DNA of 64,000 nucleotides from an uncultured Clostridia bacterium (lineage in GTDB: Bacteria > Bacillota > Clostridia > TANB77 > CAG-508): positions 10,931 to 74,930 of the forward strand of contig CALXCA010000001.1 of NCBI GenBank assembly GCA_944386685.1, in the 5' to 3' direction. Under the pieces are notes generated by a model that worked only from the letters and a program-made list of their open reading frames with translations, was not told the DNA's origin and searched no databases. Numbering within the stretch: the stretch's first letter is position 1; every line of letters starts with the position of its first letter. The position numbers and the translations under genes were made by a program. Positions 55,801 through 64,000 of this stretch are shown here, piece by piece.

Positions 55801-58800
55801 GTGTCTGGAGTATAGTGTAAATCTGCTGTCCTATCACCAAATGTATATTTACCTTCTGAATCTGTCCAAGTCTCTCCTACAACGTTTCCATCATTGTATA
55901 ATATTACTTTAACTCCTTCTACACCTTTGTCTGTACCTTCTGTAAATACATTATCAAACTCGTTGCTCTTTCCATCAAGCATATCTTCCCATACATATCC
56001 TGATAATCTTAAATGAGATAATGCATTTCTTAATTCAATAGTTGTTTTAATTAAGTGTTCTTGTAGCTTAATTTCAAATGTTTTATAACTTCCATCTTCT
56101 TCATAAATATCATATCCAAATGGAGAATCTATTTCTTCTAAGTGATATGTTTGATTTGGTTCTAGAGTAATTGTTTCACCTGCTTCAAATTCTTGTCCTG
56201 TTTCTACAACTCTAAATCTAAATCCTCCTGTAAATTCTTCTTCTGTATCAACATCTTTTTTAACAATTGTAACTTGTGCTTTACCATCTTCTGGTATATC
56301 TATATCAGGTGGGTTATCTGGTGGGTTATCTGGTGGATTATCTGGATTGTCTGGTTCATCTGGTGTATCTCCTCCTCCATCATCACTTGGTGGTGTTTCT
56401 TTTGGTGGAATAATTACTGTTGGTGGTGTTTCCTCTGGTGGGAATTTATCTGTTGATGGAATGTCTAAATCGCTACTTTCAATTTCATCACCTAATGTAA
56501 CTTTCATTTGTTGTACCTCTCTACCACACCAATCTTCTGTAGGTGTATATGTTGCTTCAAATTGCCATTTTAATGTACCATCACCATCTGTTGTTAATGT
56601 AAGGTCTGATTCTGTTAATTCATAGTCTAAAAATGTTTGACTTGTTTGAGCTTTACCTTTACTTATACATGCTGCAACTTCATTTCCTTGTTCATCTACG
56701 AATGTTTGGAAGTGTCCTTTACCATTTGGATCTACATAATAGCTATCTGGATCTCCTTTAAATTGTTTTTCTGCTGGATATTGTGAAATTATTGTGCTTA
56801 AATCTTCGTCTAAATCTTGTAATGCATTTAAGTCTATATCTCCTAAGTTTAAACTATCTACATCAACATCTTTTAATGCATCACTACTTGTAATTTTGTC
56901 TTTAAGAGCATTAAGATCTTCTTCTTTCTTTTGATTATATGCTGCAATTGCTTCATCTGCAGTTGAACCCTCTGGAATAGTTAATCCAGATTCTCCATAA
57001 GTAGTATTTAAATAATTTGTTACACAAGAGTCTATCATTGCATTAACATCATCTATAGATCCACATTGACTTACATCTATTCCATATGCTCCATATCTTG
57101 CTGTTGCTTGATCTTTTGCTGCTTGTAATCTTGCTGCTTGTTCAGCTGCAATTCTAGCATCATAGTCTTCTTGTGTCTCACCCTCTTGTGGGTCATAGTT
57201 TACTGTTGGTAAACCAGATTCATCTACACTAGCACTACTGCTACTACTACTATCACTACTACTTGATGACGAACTGCTTGATGAACTACTATCTGAACCA
57301 CCTGATAATGCACCTGAAACAGCATCTGCTATCTGTTGACCTGCTTCTTTAAAGTCGTCAACAGCACCTTGAGCATAATCTCCTACTGCATCCACTACAT
57401 CCTTTACTTCATCAAAAAGACCAGCATTACTTATTGGCATTCTATCAAATGTTACAACTAATGCACAAATCATAATAAACATAAACATTGCTTTTCCGCC
57501 AAAATTATTAATTTTTCTTATAGCAATATAGAATAATACTGCTATTGCAACTAAAGCAATTGATGTTGCTAAATATTTTAGTGCAATTTGGAAACCTGTA
57601 GATACTGCAATTAATACAGTTGTTCTATCTATATTGTTTTCTTTATTTGCCTCATCTATATGTTTACTATTATCTGTTAATTTAATTTGCGAAACATTTT
57701 CATATGTACCACCAGATGTTTCGTCTAATGTTATACTTAAAGTTAGTGGTATTTCTATACTTTCACCTGGTTTAATTTCTGTATTTAAAAATTTAGCAGT
57801 ACTTAATGTTGATAATGATTTTGACCATCCACTATTTAATTCTGAATGGAAATCTAAGCCTTGTGGAAGTTGATCTATCATTTCATATACATAACCTGGC
57901 AATTCTCCAACATTTGTAACTTTAATTTTATATGCTATAACAACTGTTGATCCAACAAATTCTTTTGAATGAATCTCTATTTTAGCAAATTTTTTGTCAT
58001 CATATGTATATTCTTTATTTCCTTTTTTATTGCTTACTGTAATTTTTGTAATATATTGTTGCATTTCTAAGTCAAATATTTGGTTTTCTACTAAACCTAA
58101 ATCTATATTTGTTTTTGTAGAATCTAATACAATTGTATCTGTTATTCCTACAGTTTTTATCTCATTTCCAATTTTAGCTTGTTTTTCTATTGCATCATTA
58201 TTAGTTGTTTCTACAACACCTGTTTTTTGGAAATCTGTTATTTTATATTCATCTGTATCAAATTCAAATACTACATAATATCTTCCTGTAGGTACTTTTG
58301 TAAATGAATATCTACCTGCTTCGTTTGTTTCTTCTGTAATAACATTTCCATTTTCATCTTTTAAGAATGTATTATTTTGTACATCAAATAAAGATACTTT
58401 TATGCCTTGTTTTAAATCTTCTCCTTCGTCTCTTCTTCCATTTGAATTATTATCTACCCATGCTAAACCAGAAAGTGTCCATACTTTATTTTCTTGTTCT
58501 GTAGGAGTTGATGTTGATGGAGTATTATCTCCATTATTACCGTCATTATTGTCTTGGTCTTTATTTGCTTCACTATCATCTGGATTAATTATTATTGTTT
58601 GCTCTTCATTATTTTGTAAAGTATTAGTTACTGTATTTGCTAATTGTGGGATAAATGTATCACCAATTACAGCTCCTCTACTTTCTATTGTCTTATCATC
58701 ATCTTGTCCAGCTAAAGAATTTACCATTGCTTTAATTGTTATAATACTTTTTTCATTCATTCTTAAACTTATTGGTAGAGCAAATCTAATTCCTAATTTA

Positions 58801-60641
58801 CCTGTTTCTGAGTTTGGATCATCTGTATTTGCTTTATCTAATTCATCTTTTTCATAATATTTATTTTTTGGTGTAATTTCATATTCAAATTTATTTTCAT
58901 TTGAATTTACAACTACATCATCTGTATTATAAGTTACAGATGTAATTTTTAAATCATATGGTAATTCAAATGCAAATGCAAATTCTGTATATCCACCCTC
59001 TTCTTCACTTACATAACCAACATTTTCTACTTCAAATACATATGTAACATCATCATATCCATGTAATATTTCACCATTTTTATCTGAACTTTGAGTTATA
59101 GAAATTGCTTCAATTCCACCTTTTGACACACTTTGGTTTGAAGTAAAGATATTTCCATCCTCATCTTCTGTTTCTGCAGATAAAGCATATTCATATTTAT
59201 ATTCTTCATTAATAGAAATATTGTTTACTTTTGCTTTAACTTCAAATGCTCTATAATCTCCTGCTTCTATATCTTTATATTTAACTGTTAATATTCCATT
59301 TTCTAATTTGTAATCTAAATCGCCTTCATTTTTTTCAACTAATTTAGCTACCTCTGTAACTTCTATATTTGAAGGAATTTTCATTGTTATAGTTGCATCA
59401 TGTTTTTCGTCAGAAATGTTTTTAACAATTATGCTATATTCATATGCATTTTTCTCTGTTAAACTAAAATATGTTCTTATTCTAGTTTCAAAATTAGCAT
59501 TTGTTATATAGTTTTTAATATTATAAGTTGAAATATTATCTCCATTTATTGTTGTTTCTATTTGAGTATTTACTTCTACATTCTCTGTTTCAACTTTATT
59601 TACTTCTACTTCATAATAAAATGTTTTCTTTTCTCCTGAATATATTGTTCCAACATCAAATTCTTTTGTTTTTAAATCTGGGTTAGAAATATATTGTAAG
59701 TCATCATCTTGGTATAAAGATGTTGCCCAATCTTCACTTGTTTCTTTACTATCTGTTAAAAATGTATATGTTTCTGCATAATAACTAAATGCTTCTTCAT
59801 CATATTCTACATATGTCATGTTTTCTGGAATATGACCAAGAATTTTTACATTATCTATTTGCTTATCAGTTGTATTTGTCACTGAAACTTCATATTTAAT
59901 AATTTCATTTGAATGGATTATGCTTCCATCTTCTAGTAATTCTGTTCCTCTAATAGCTTTTGTGTTAATCATTAATCCATTTGCATATACAATTGTTCCT
60001 TCTTCGTCATCTGTTGTTGAATCATTAATAATTTCATCATCAGTTGAATTTACTAATAATATAGCTTGGTTTGTACTTGCACTATTACAAGACATTTTTA
60101 TCGAATCTGCTCCAGTTTCTATATCTTGTTTTAAAATAATATTAGTTGAAACCCTAATATTTGTACCTTTAGTAATTGAATCTGTTGAATATTTTGTTTG
60201 CGTTCCTTCTAGTTCTACTTTTAATACTTTGTTTCCAGTAGAATTATCTTCAATAATATAATTTTTTAATTTTAATTCATCATCATATAAAATTTTTATA
60301 TCATTTACTACTACTTTTTCTACTGCTTCTGGGAACTCAAAATAAACAACAGGATTATCATATAAGGCACAGTCCTCTGTGTCTTTTTCTAATATTCCTG
60401 TAATAATAAGTTCATTTGGTATTCTATTTGTTAATTTTGTATAATTTATGTTTAGACTTATTTTTTCTTTTTTATCATTCGAGTTGGTCTGGGTTGCACT
60501 ATTTTCGACTTCTGTGAGTTTTGTCATATTTTCTTCAATAAATGTTTGGGTGTCTTCAACAGCAGTCGAAACAACAGTTAATAACGAACTGTTTAACAAA
60601 AACAAAATAATAAGAAAAATACTTATTGATTTTCTTAACAT
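52833..60641 (-). CDS. Giant multi-domain surface protein 2 (about 2602 aa), paralogue of protein 1
   Basis: Start moved to ATG 60639-60641 (GGGAGGGA + 5 nt; the track GTG at 60656 is inside the RBS). Same architecture as protein 1, plus a poly-Ser tract and PDNP repeats. The C-terminal approximately 1000 aa are colinear with proteins 1 and 3. C-terminus TPPTG-TM-KKR. Confidence 0.85.
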   Translation of the reverse strand: MLRKSISIFLIILFLLNSSLLTVVSTAVEDTQTFIEENMTKLTEVENSATQTNSNDKKEKISLNINYTKLTNRIPNELIITGILEKDTEDCALYDNPVVYFEFPEAVEKVVVNDIKILYDDELKLKNYIIEDNSTGNKVLKVELEGTQTKYSTDSITKGTNIRVSTNIILKQDIETGADSIKMSCNSASTNQAILLVNSTDDEIINDSTTDDEEGTIVYANGLMINTKAIRGTELLEDGSIIHSNEIIKYEVSVTNTTDKQIDNVKILGHIPENMTYVEYDEEAFSYYAETYTFLTDSKETSEDWATSLYQDDDLQYISNPDLKTKEFDVGTIYSGEKKTFYYEVEVNKVETENVEVNTQIETTINGDNISTYNIKNYITNANFETRIRTYFSLTEKNAYEYSIIVKNISDEKHDATITMKIPSNIEVTEVAKLVEKNEGDLDYKLENGILTVKYKDIEAGDYRAFEVKAKVNNISINEEYKYEYALSAETEDEDGNIFTSNQSVSKGGIEAISITQSSDKNGEILHGYDDVTYVFEVENVGYVSEEEGGYTEFAFAFELPYDLKITSVTYNTDDVVVNSNENKFEYEITPKNKYYEKDELDKANTDDPNSETGKLGIRFALPISLRMNEKSIITIKAMVNSLAGQDDDKTIESRGAVIGDTFIPQLANTVTNTLQNNEEQTIIINPDDSEANKDQDNNDGNNGDNTPSTSTPTEQENKVWTLSGLAWVDNNSNGRRDEGEDLKQGIKVSLFDVQNNTFLKDENGNVITEETNEAGRYSFTKVPTGRYYVVFEFDTDEYKITDFQKTGVVETTNNDAIEKQAKIGNEIKTVGITDTIVLDSTKTNIDLGLVENQIFDLEMQQYITKITVSNKKGNKEYTYDDKKFAKIEIHSKEFVGSTVVIAYKIKVTNVGELPGYVYEMIDQLPQGLDFHSELNSGWSKSLSTLSTAKFLNTEIKPGESIEIPLTLSITLDETSGGTYENVSQIKLTDNSKHIDEANKENNIDRTTVLIAVSTGFQIALKYLATSIALVAIAVLFYIAIRKINNFGGKAMFMFIMICALVVTFDRMPISNAGLFDEVKDVVDAVGDYAQGAVDDFKEAGQQIADAVSGALSGGSDSSSSSSSSSSSSDSSSSSSASVDESGLPTVNYDPQEGETQEDYDARIAAEQAARLQAAKDQATARYGAYGIDVSQCGSIDDVNAMIDSCVTNYLNTTYGESGLTIPEGSTADEAIAAYNQKKEEDLNALKDKITSSDALKDVDVDSLNLGDIDLNALQDLDEDLSTIISQYPAEKQFKGDPDSYYVDPNGKGHFQTFVDEQGNEVAACISKGKAQTSQTFLDYELTESDLTLTTDGDGTLKWQFEATYTPTEDWCGREVQQMKVTLGDEIESSDLDIPSTDKFPPEETPPTVIIPPKETPPSDDGGGDTPDEPDNPDNPPDNPPDNPPDIDIPEDGKAQVTIVKKDVDTEEEFTGGFRFRVVETGQEFEAGETITLEPNQTYHLEEIDSPFGYDIYEEDGSYKTFEIKLQEHLIKTTIELRNALSHLRLSGYVWEDMLDGKSNEFDNVFTEGTDKGVEGVKVILYNDGNVVGETWTDSEGKYTFGDRTADLHYTPDTILIEDLFAGKYHVEFEYNGIKYSNVEPQLDIETGSKAIEGDTVRTDFNNKFTVITTDKTAIDGNGHTSGGFAKNGAGEVTATDITYQRSGDYASSVIYGDSTIYDGTTYAGSTTDYSSYGFEKYHIRASTDVEDFRYKFEDTVELVLENEVYQSKEIKNVNLGLYSREQVDLALDSDVARFDLVINNYHHIYKYGTIVDPNKVEEMGVKLKALQENYYQRPLHEASVVYSADDGTTGANGNLYADITYKIYLQNKSNTLSAVLNELTLNYGSQLTCISYNFEGETAVAVTEPAQTGEIKEIDLDLNAIGNKTIEAKNRQVLEVTFRANADVIAEILNDEVTLKQGDTELKGIKFDFMAEIKSYSTYSDGNIYASIDSNSAPRNAKVETDDQNRFITDTFENDTTIAPTFILTKGSQTVISGTVFEDKPEQDKLSQNERLGNGIYDTGESVMGNVKVELLLVPVDANEMYDSTMARDEVTSKHNYQLAKLYKTDDTGTQTAIEDAVTYTDENGNYTFEGVIADNYVIRYTYGENIGGEGKNTYIYNNGTQVKEEAIKAREYKSTIITSDYIRKAINTADDGIPHLNGDWAEGNTDVSWFLNNNTETRYSDAVDDVEYRAYFEEFAKLNNENLHDSSKYAYSEMEAYTPFIRLGVEEFNDQNVTPTLTTQENGTIDYEYKLQNVDFGLIERPIVDLKVDKQTTDVSVTLGNGQVPIKGNPSDPNADIPYVRTGIDDFVPIEMDTELIEGATIEQEYTISINNNSELDYPIYQITSDTNVANERNYYYYGEKGNNPVTVRVGTLADYLTPEIDVDLDEMKRNGWEVAEIEDLTAHKTTEATGEKTYRLITKQVEQKLRDGKYIIFTLDSFADENDLLVKIGETKSIKYNVSKLLSASDEMKYTNDVEILEYIGYSQNKDKTENVYDRKNDTTPGNLIPERAKEDDEDSVRTTITPPTGVIISKTLYIITAGLGLAILVVGVLIIKKRILAK

Positions 60642-61010
60642 AAAAATCCCTCCCACTTTTACAATACTATTAATATTTTATCACAATTTTACATAAAACA
60701 CAAGCTTTTTGCCATTTTTTTCTAATTTTTTTATTTTAACTAACTTGCATATTTTTTAGCTGTCTGTAGGCATTTAGGGAAACTTGACTTACAACGTTTT
60801 TTTATGTCTTGCTTCAAGTTTTTTATTTATATATTTTTTGTAGTTTTTTGTTTTTACATCATATAAAAACGCATTTTCTACAATGCAAAGAATAGCAAGG
60901 AAAACTTGCTATTCTTTGTTTTGATTAAATATTTTCATTTGTATTTTTAAATATCTAGTTATTTTCTTTAGTTTTTATTGTTTCTTTAGTTTTTATTTAT
61001 TTTAGAAGTT

Positions 61011-64000
61011 TTATTTATTTAAAACTCTTTTTTTAATAAATATTACTCCTACAACTAGAATAATTAATCCTGTTCCTATTGTTGATATATATATAATACT
61101 TGATATCAATACACCAGTTGGTGGTGTTATTGTTGTTCTAACACTATCTTCATCTGTTTCTTTTGCATGTTCTGGTATTAAGTTTCCTGGTGTTGTATCA
61201 TTTACTCTATTATAGCTATTTTCTGTTTTGTCTTTATTTTGTGTATATCCTATATATTCTAGTATTTCTACATCATTTGTATATTTCATATCATCTTCTG
61301 CTGATAATACTTTGCTTACATCATATTTTATAGCTTTCGTTTCTCCAATTGCTACAAGTGAATCATTTGGATCTGAGAATGAGTCTGATGTAAATAATAT
61401 ATATTTTCCATCTACTAAAGCTTGTTCTACATCTTCTGTAATTAATCTATATGTTTTTTCTCCTGTTGCTTCCATTACTTTATGTGATGTTAAGTCTTCT
61501 ATTCCTACTACTTCCCATCCTCCTCTTTTTAATTCGTCTAAATCTACATCTATATCTGGTGTTAAATAATCGGCTAACATTCCTATTCTTACAGTTGCAG
61601 GCATACTACCTTTTTCTCCATAATAATAGTAATTTCTTTCATTTGCTACATCTGTATCACTTGTTATTTGATATATTGGATAATCTAACTCAGAATCATT
61701 TGTAATAGAAATAGTATATTCTTGCTCTATTGTTGATCCATTTATTAACTCTGTATCCATTTCTATTGGTACAAAATCTTCTATACCTGGTCTAATATAT
61801 GGCATATCTGCATTAGGATCACTTGGATCACCTTTTATTAATATTTGACCATTTCCTAGTGTTAATTCTAAGTCTGTTGTTTGTTTATTTACTTGTAAGT
61901 TTACTATTGGCCTTTCTATTAATCCAAAATCTATGTTCTGTAGTTTATATTCATAATCAATTGTTCCATTTTCTTGTGTTATTAATGTTGAATCCACATT
62001 TTGGTCATTTAATTGTTCTACACCTAATCTAATAAATGGTGTATATGCTTCCATTTCTGAATATGCATATTTAGAGCTATCATTTACATTTTCATTATTT
62101 ACTCTTGCAGATTGTTCATAAAATGCTCTATATTCTACATCATCTACTGCATCTGAGTATCTTGTTCCTAAATTGTCATTTAAGAACCATGATTTATCTG
62201 TATTTCCATCTGCCCAGTCTCCATTTAAGTGTGGTATTCCATCATTTGATGTATTTACTGCTTTTCTTATATAATCTGATGTTATTATTGTAGATTTATA
62301 TTCTCTTGCTTTTATTGGATCTACTTTTACTTGAACACCATTATTATATATATAAGTATTTTTTCCTTCACCACTTATATTTTCACCATATGTGTATCTA
62401 ATTACATAATTATCAGCTACTACACCTTCAAATGTGTAATTTCCGTTTTCATCTGTCCATGTTACTGCGTCTACTATATCTACTTGAGATCCACTGCTGT
62501 CTGTTCTATATAATTTTGCTAGTTCATAATTATGTTTTGATGTAACATTATCTCTTGCACTAATTGAATCATACATTTGATTTGCGTCTACTGGTACTAG
62601 TAACAATTCTACTTTTACATTTCCCATTACACTTTCATTTTCATCATAAATACCATTTCCTATTCTTTCATTTTGAGCTAATTTTTCTTCTTCTGCTTTA
62701 TCTTCATAAACAGTTCCTGATATTGATGTTTGACTTCCTTTTGTAAATACTATTGTTGGTGCTATTGTTGTATCATCTTCAAATGTATCTGTTATAAATC
62801 TGTTTTGATTATCTAATTCTACTCTTGCATTTCTTGGTGCAGAATCTTGATCTATACTTGCATATTCATATAATGTATTAGTATTTCTTCCTAATAAGTC
62901 TTCTTCATTGTTTGAATATGTACTATATGATTTTATTTCTGCCATGAAATCAAATTTGATTCCACTATATTGTTCCCCATTTAATTCTAGAACAACTGCA
63001 TTTTTTAACATTTGTGCAATTACATTTGCATTTGCTCTAAATGTTACTTCTAATACTTCTTGGCTCATATTATTTATTGTTTTATTTGGTAAATTATTCA
63101 AATTTAATATTAATTCTTTCATTGTACCATTTATATTTGTACCATCAGCTGTTTTTACAGCTCCTTCACTTTCGAAATTATATGAAATTGCTTCTAATTC
63201 ACTATTGTAATTTACAGTAATTTCATTTATTTTTGATTTTAATGTATCTGAATTGTTTTCTAAGTATATTTTATATGTAATATCTGCATATACATTTCCG
63301 TTTTCTCCTGTTGTTCCATTGTCTTGACTATATACAATTGATGAAGCATGTGTCATTCTTTGATAATACATATTTTTAATATTTTGGAATCTTTCTTCTA
63401 AGTTTGTATCATCACTTTGTTTTATTAATGTTCCATATTGATATGTGTGATTATATCCATTTACATTTAAATCTATTCTTGCTAAATCACTTTCTATTTC
63501 TAAGTCTACTTGTTCTCTTTCATATAATCCTAAATTTACTGCTTTTATTTCATCTGTATATCCTGTTGTATTTCTTATTGGGTCATAATATGTTTTAAAG
63601 TCATAATTTTTATATGTAGTTGCTTTTATGTGATATATGTTTTCTCCATATGATTCTGGATCTCCATTTGGATCTTGCATATTTTTTCCATATTGTATAC
63701 TTGATTTATGTTGTTCTTCACTTTGATAACTTATTTGGTCTGGATATTCTGTTCCTGCTTTGTCTATTACTTTTCCTGTAGATTCTCCATTTCCATTTAT
63801 TTGATCTTTTGCATCTATTGTTGTAAATCTTTCGTTAAATTGTACTCTTTCTGTTGAATCTTCATCTGGCTTTTTAGAAGCTATTTCCTCTGATGCTTTT
63901 GAACCTACTGTATCTTTTGGATCTGGGTTTAATTCTACATTTCTGAATTTAACTCCATTATATTCAAATTCTACCCAATATTCACTTGCTCTTCTTAATA
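61011..64000 (-). CDS. Giant surface protein 3, partial (N-terminus beyond the right edge)
   Basis: The track starts it at M 63680, but the same frame stays open to base 64000. It reads ...ASEYWVEFEYNGVKFRNVELNPDPKDTVGSKASEE...ERVQFNERFTTIDAKDQINGNGESTGK..., colinear with YYVEFEYNGVKYRNVELNKGG... of protein 1. C-terminus TPPTG-TM-KKR. Confidence 0.85.
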   Translation of the reverse strand, partial: LRRASEYWVEFEYNGVKFRNVELNPDPKDTVGSKASEEIASKKPDEDSTERVQFNERFTTIDAKDQINGNGESTGKVIDKAGTEYPDQISYQSEEQHKSSIQYGKNMQDPNGDPESYGENIYHIKATTYKNYDFKTYYDPIRNTTGYTDEIKAVNLGLYEREQVDLEIESDLARIDLNVNGYNHTYQYGTLIKQSDDTNLEERFQNIKNMYYQRMTHASSIVYSQDNGTTGENGNVYADITYKIYLENNSDTLKSKINEITVNYNSELEAISYNFESEGAVKTADGTNINGTMKELILNLNNLPNKTINNMSQEVLEVTFRANANVIAQMLKNAVVLELNGEQYSGIKFDFMAEIKSYSTYSNNEEDLLGRNTNTLYEYASIDQDSAPRNARVELDNQNRFITDTFEDDTTIAPTIVFTKGSQTSISGTVYEDKAEEEKLAQNERIGNGIYDENESVMGNVKVELLLVPVDANQMYDSISARDNVTSKHNYELAKLYRTDSSGSQVDIVDAVTWTDENGNYTFEGVVADNYVIRYTYGENISGEGKNTYIYNNGVQVKVDPIKAREYKSTIITSDYIRKAVNTSNDGIPHLNGDWADGNTDKSWFLNDNLGTRYSDAVDDVEYRAFYEQSARVNNENVNDSSKYAYSEMEAYTPFIRLGVEQLNDQNVDSTLITQENGTIDYEYKLQNIDFGLIERPIVNLQVNKQTTDLELTLGNGQILIKGDPSDPNADMPYIRPGIEDFVPIEMDTELINGSTIEQEYTISITNDSELDYPIYQITSDTDVANERNYYYYGEKGSMPATVRIGMLADYLTPDIDVDLDELKRGGWEVVGIEDLTSHKVMEATGEKTYRLITEDVEQALVDGKYILFTSDSFSDPNDSLVAIGETKAIKYDVSKVLSAEDDMKYTNDVEILEYIGYTQNKDKTENSYNRVNDTTPGNLIPEHAKETDEDSVRTTITPPTGVLISSIIYISTIGTGLIILVVGVIFIKKRVLNK

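Noticed and set aside
869-63598. Dozens of 60-150-aa plus-strand ORFs in the track that lie inside long minus-strand genes (for example 869-1309, 1860-2279, 13897-14253, 23214-23627, 52801-53274, 58402-58857)
   Set aside because: They are antisense shadows of well-supported genes. Their translations are low-complexity (L/F/I/S-rich), and they lack RBSs and recognisable motifs.
45064-64000. Diversity-generating retroelement or shufflon acting on the giant genes
   Set aside because: The window contains no reverse transcriptase, no recombinase, and no template/variable repeat pair with adenine-specific differences.
1-64000. Alternative genetic code (TGA recoding) given the extreme AT content
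   Set aside because: Long ORFs are intact under the standard code, Trp is encoded by TGG, and at least one gene (20369-21073) ends in TGA next to a terminator.

Overview
This window looks like chromosomal DNA from a very AT-rich, endospore-forming Firmicutes-type bacterium (spoIIE, mfd, rarA, ruvA, acpS, tatD, topB, rluD). No organism can be named from the sequence alone. Standard genetic code. Almost every gene is on the minus strand. No rRNA, tRNA or CRISPR array was found. There are three layers. (1) 0.6-45 kb is mostly housekeeping and cell-envelope genes. (2) 45-64 kb is a tandem array of three giant paralogous surface-protein genes. The third runs off the right edge, beyond the start given in the ORF track. 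The two genes seen in full read like in-frame fusions of two complete secreted, anchored proteins. Each has an internal sorting-signal-like segment immediately followed by a signal-peptide-like segment, and each ends in TPPTG + TM + basic tail. (3) The intergenic DNA carries several families of small GC-rich or palindromic elements that I cannot assign to any named family. The most striking is a three-copy composite element with a conserved asymmetric core, co-varying 37-38 bp inverted arms and 22-bp GGACCGACC iterons. It always lies just after a stop codon and always in the same polarity. Two inverted copies bracket a 3.5-kb accessory segment that holds a frameshifted XRE regulator, a HExxH protein and a 530-bp one-strand array of 22 AC[ATC]AAAGA[TA] 9-mers. 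A second family is a long hairpin with a 48-nt conserved apical core and swapped stems. One copy can be shown to be an insertion, with an 11-bp target duplication and an uninterrupted related site elsewhere in the window. All family calls come from reading motifs by eye; no database search was possible.
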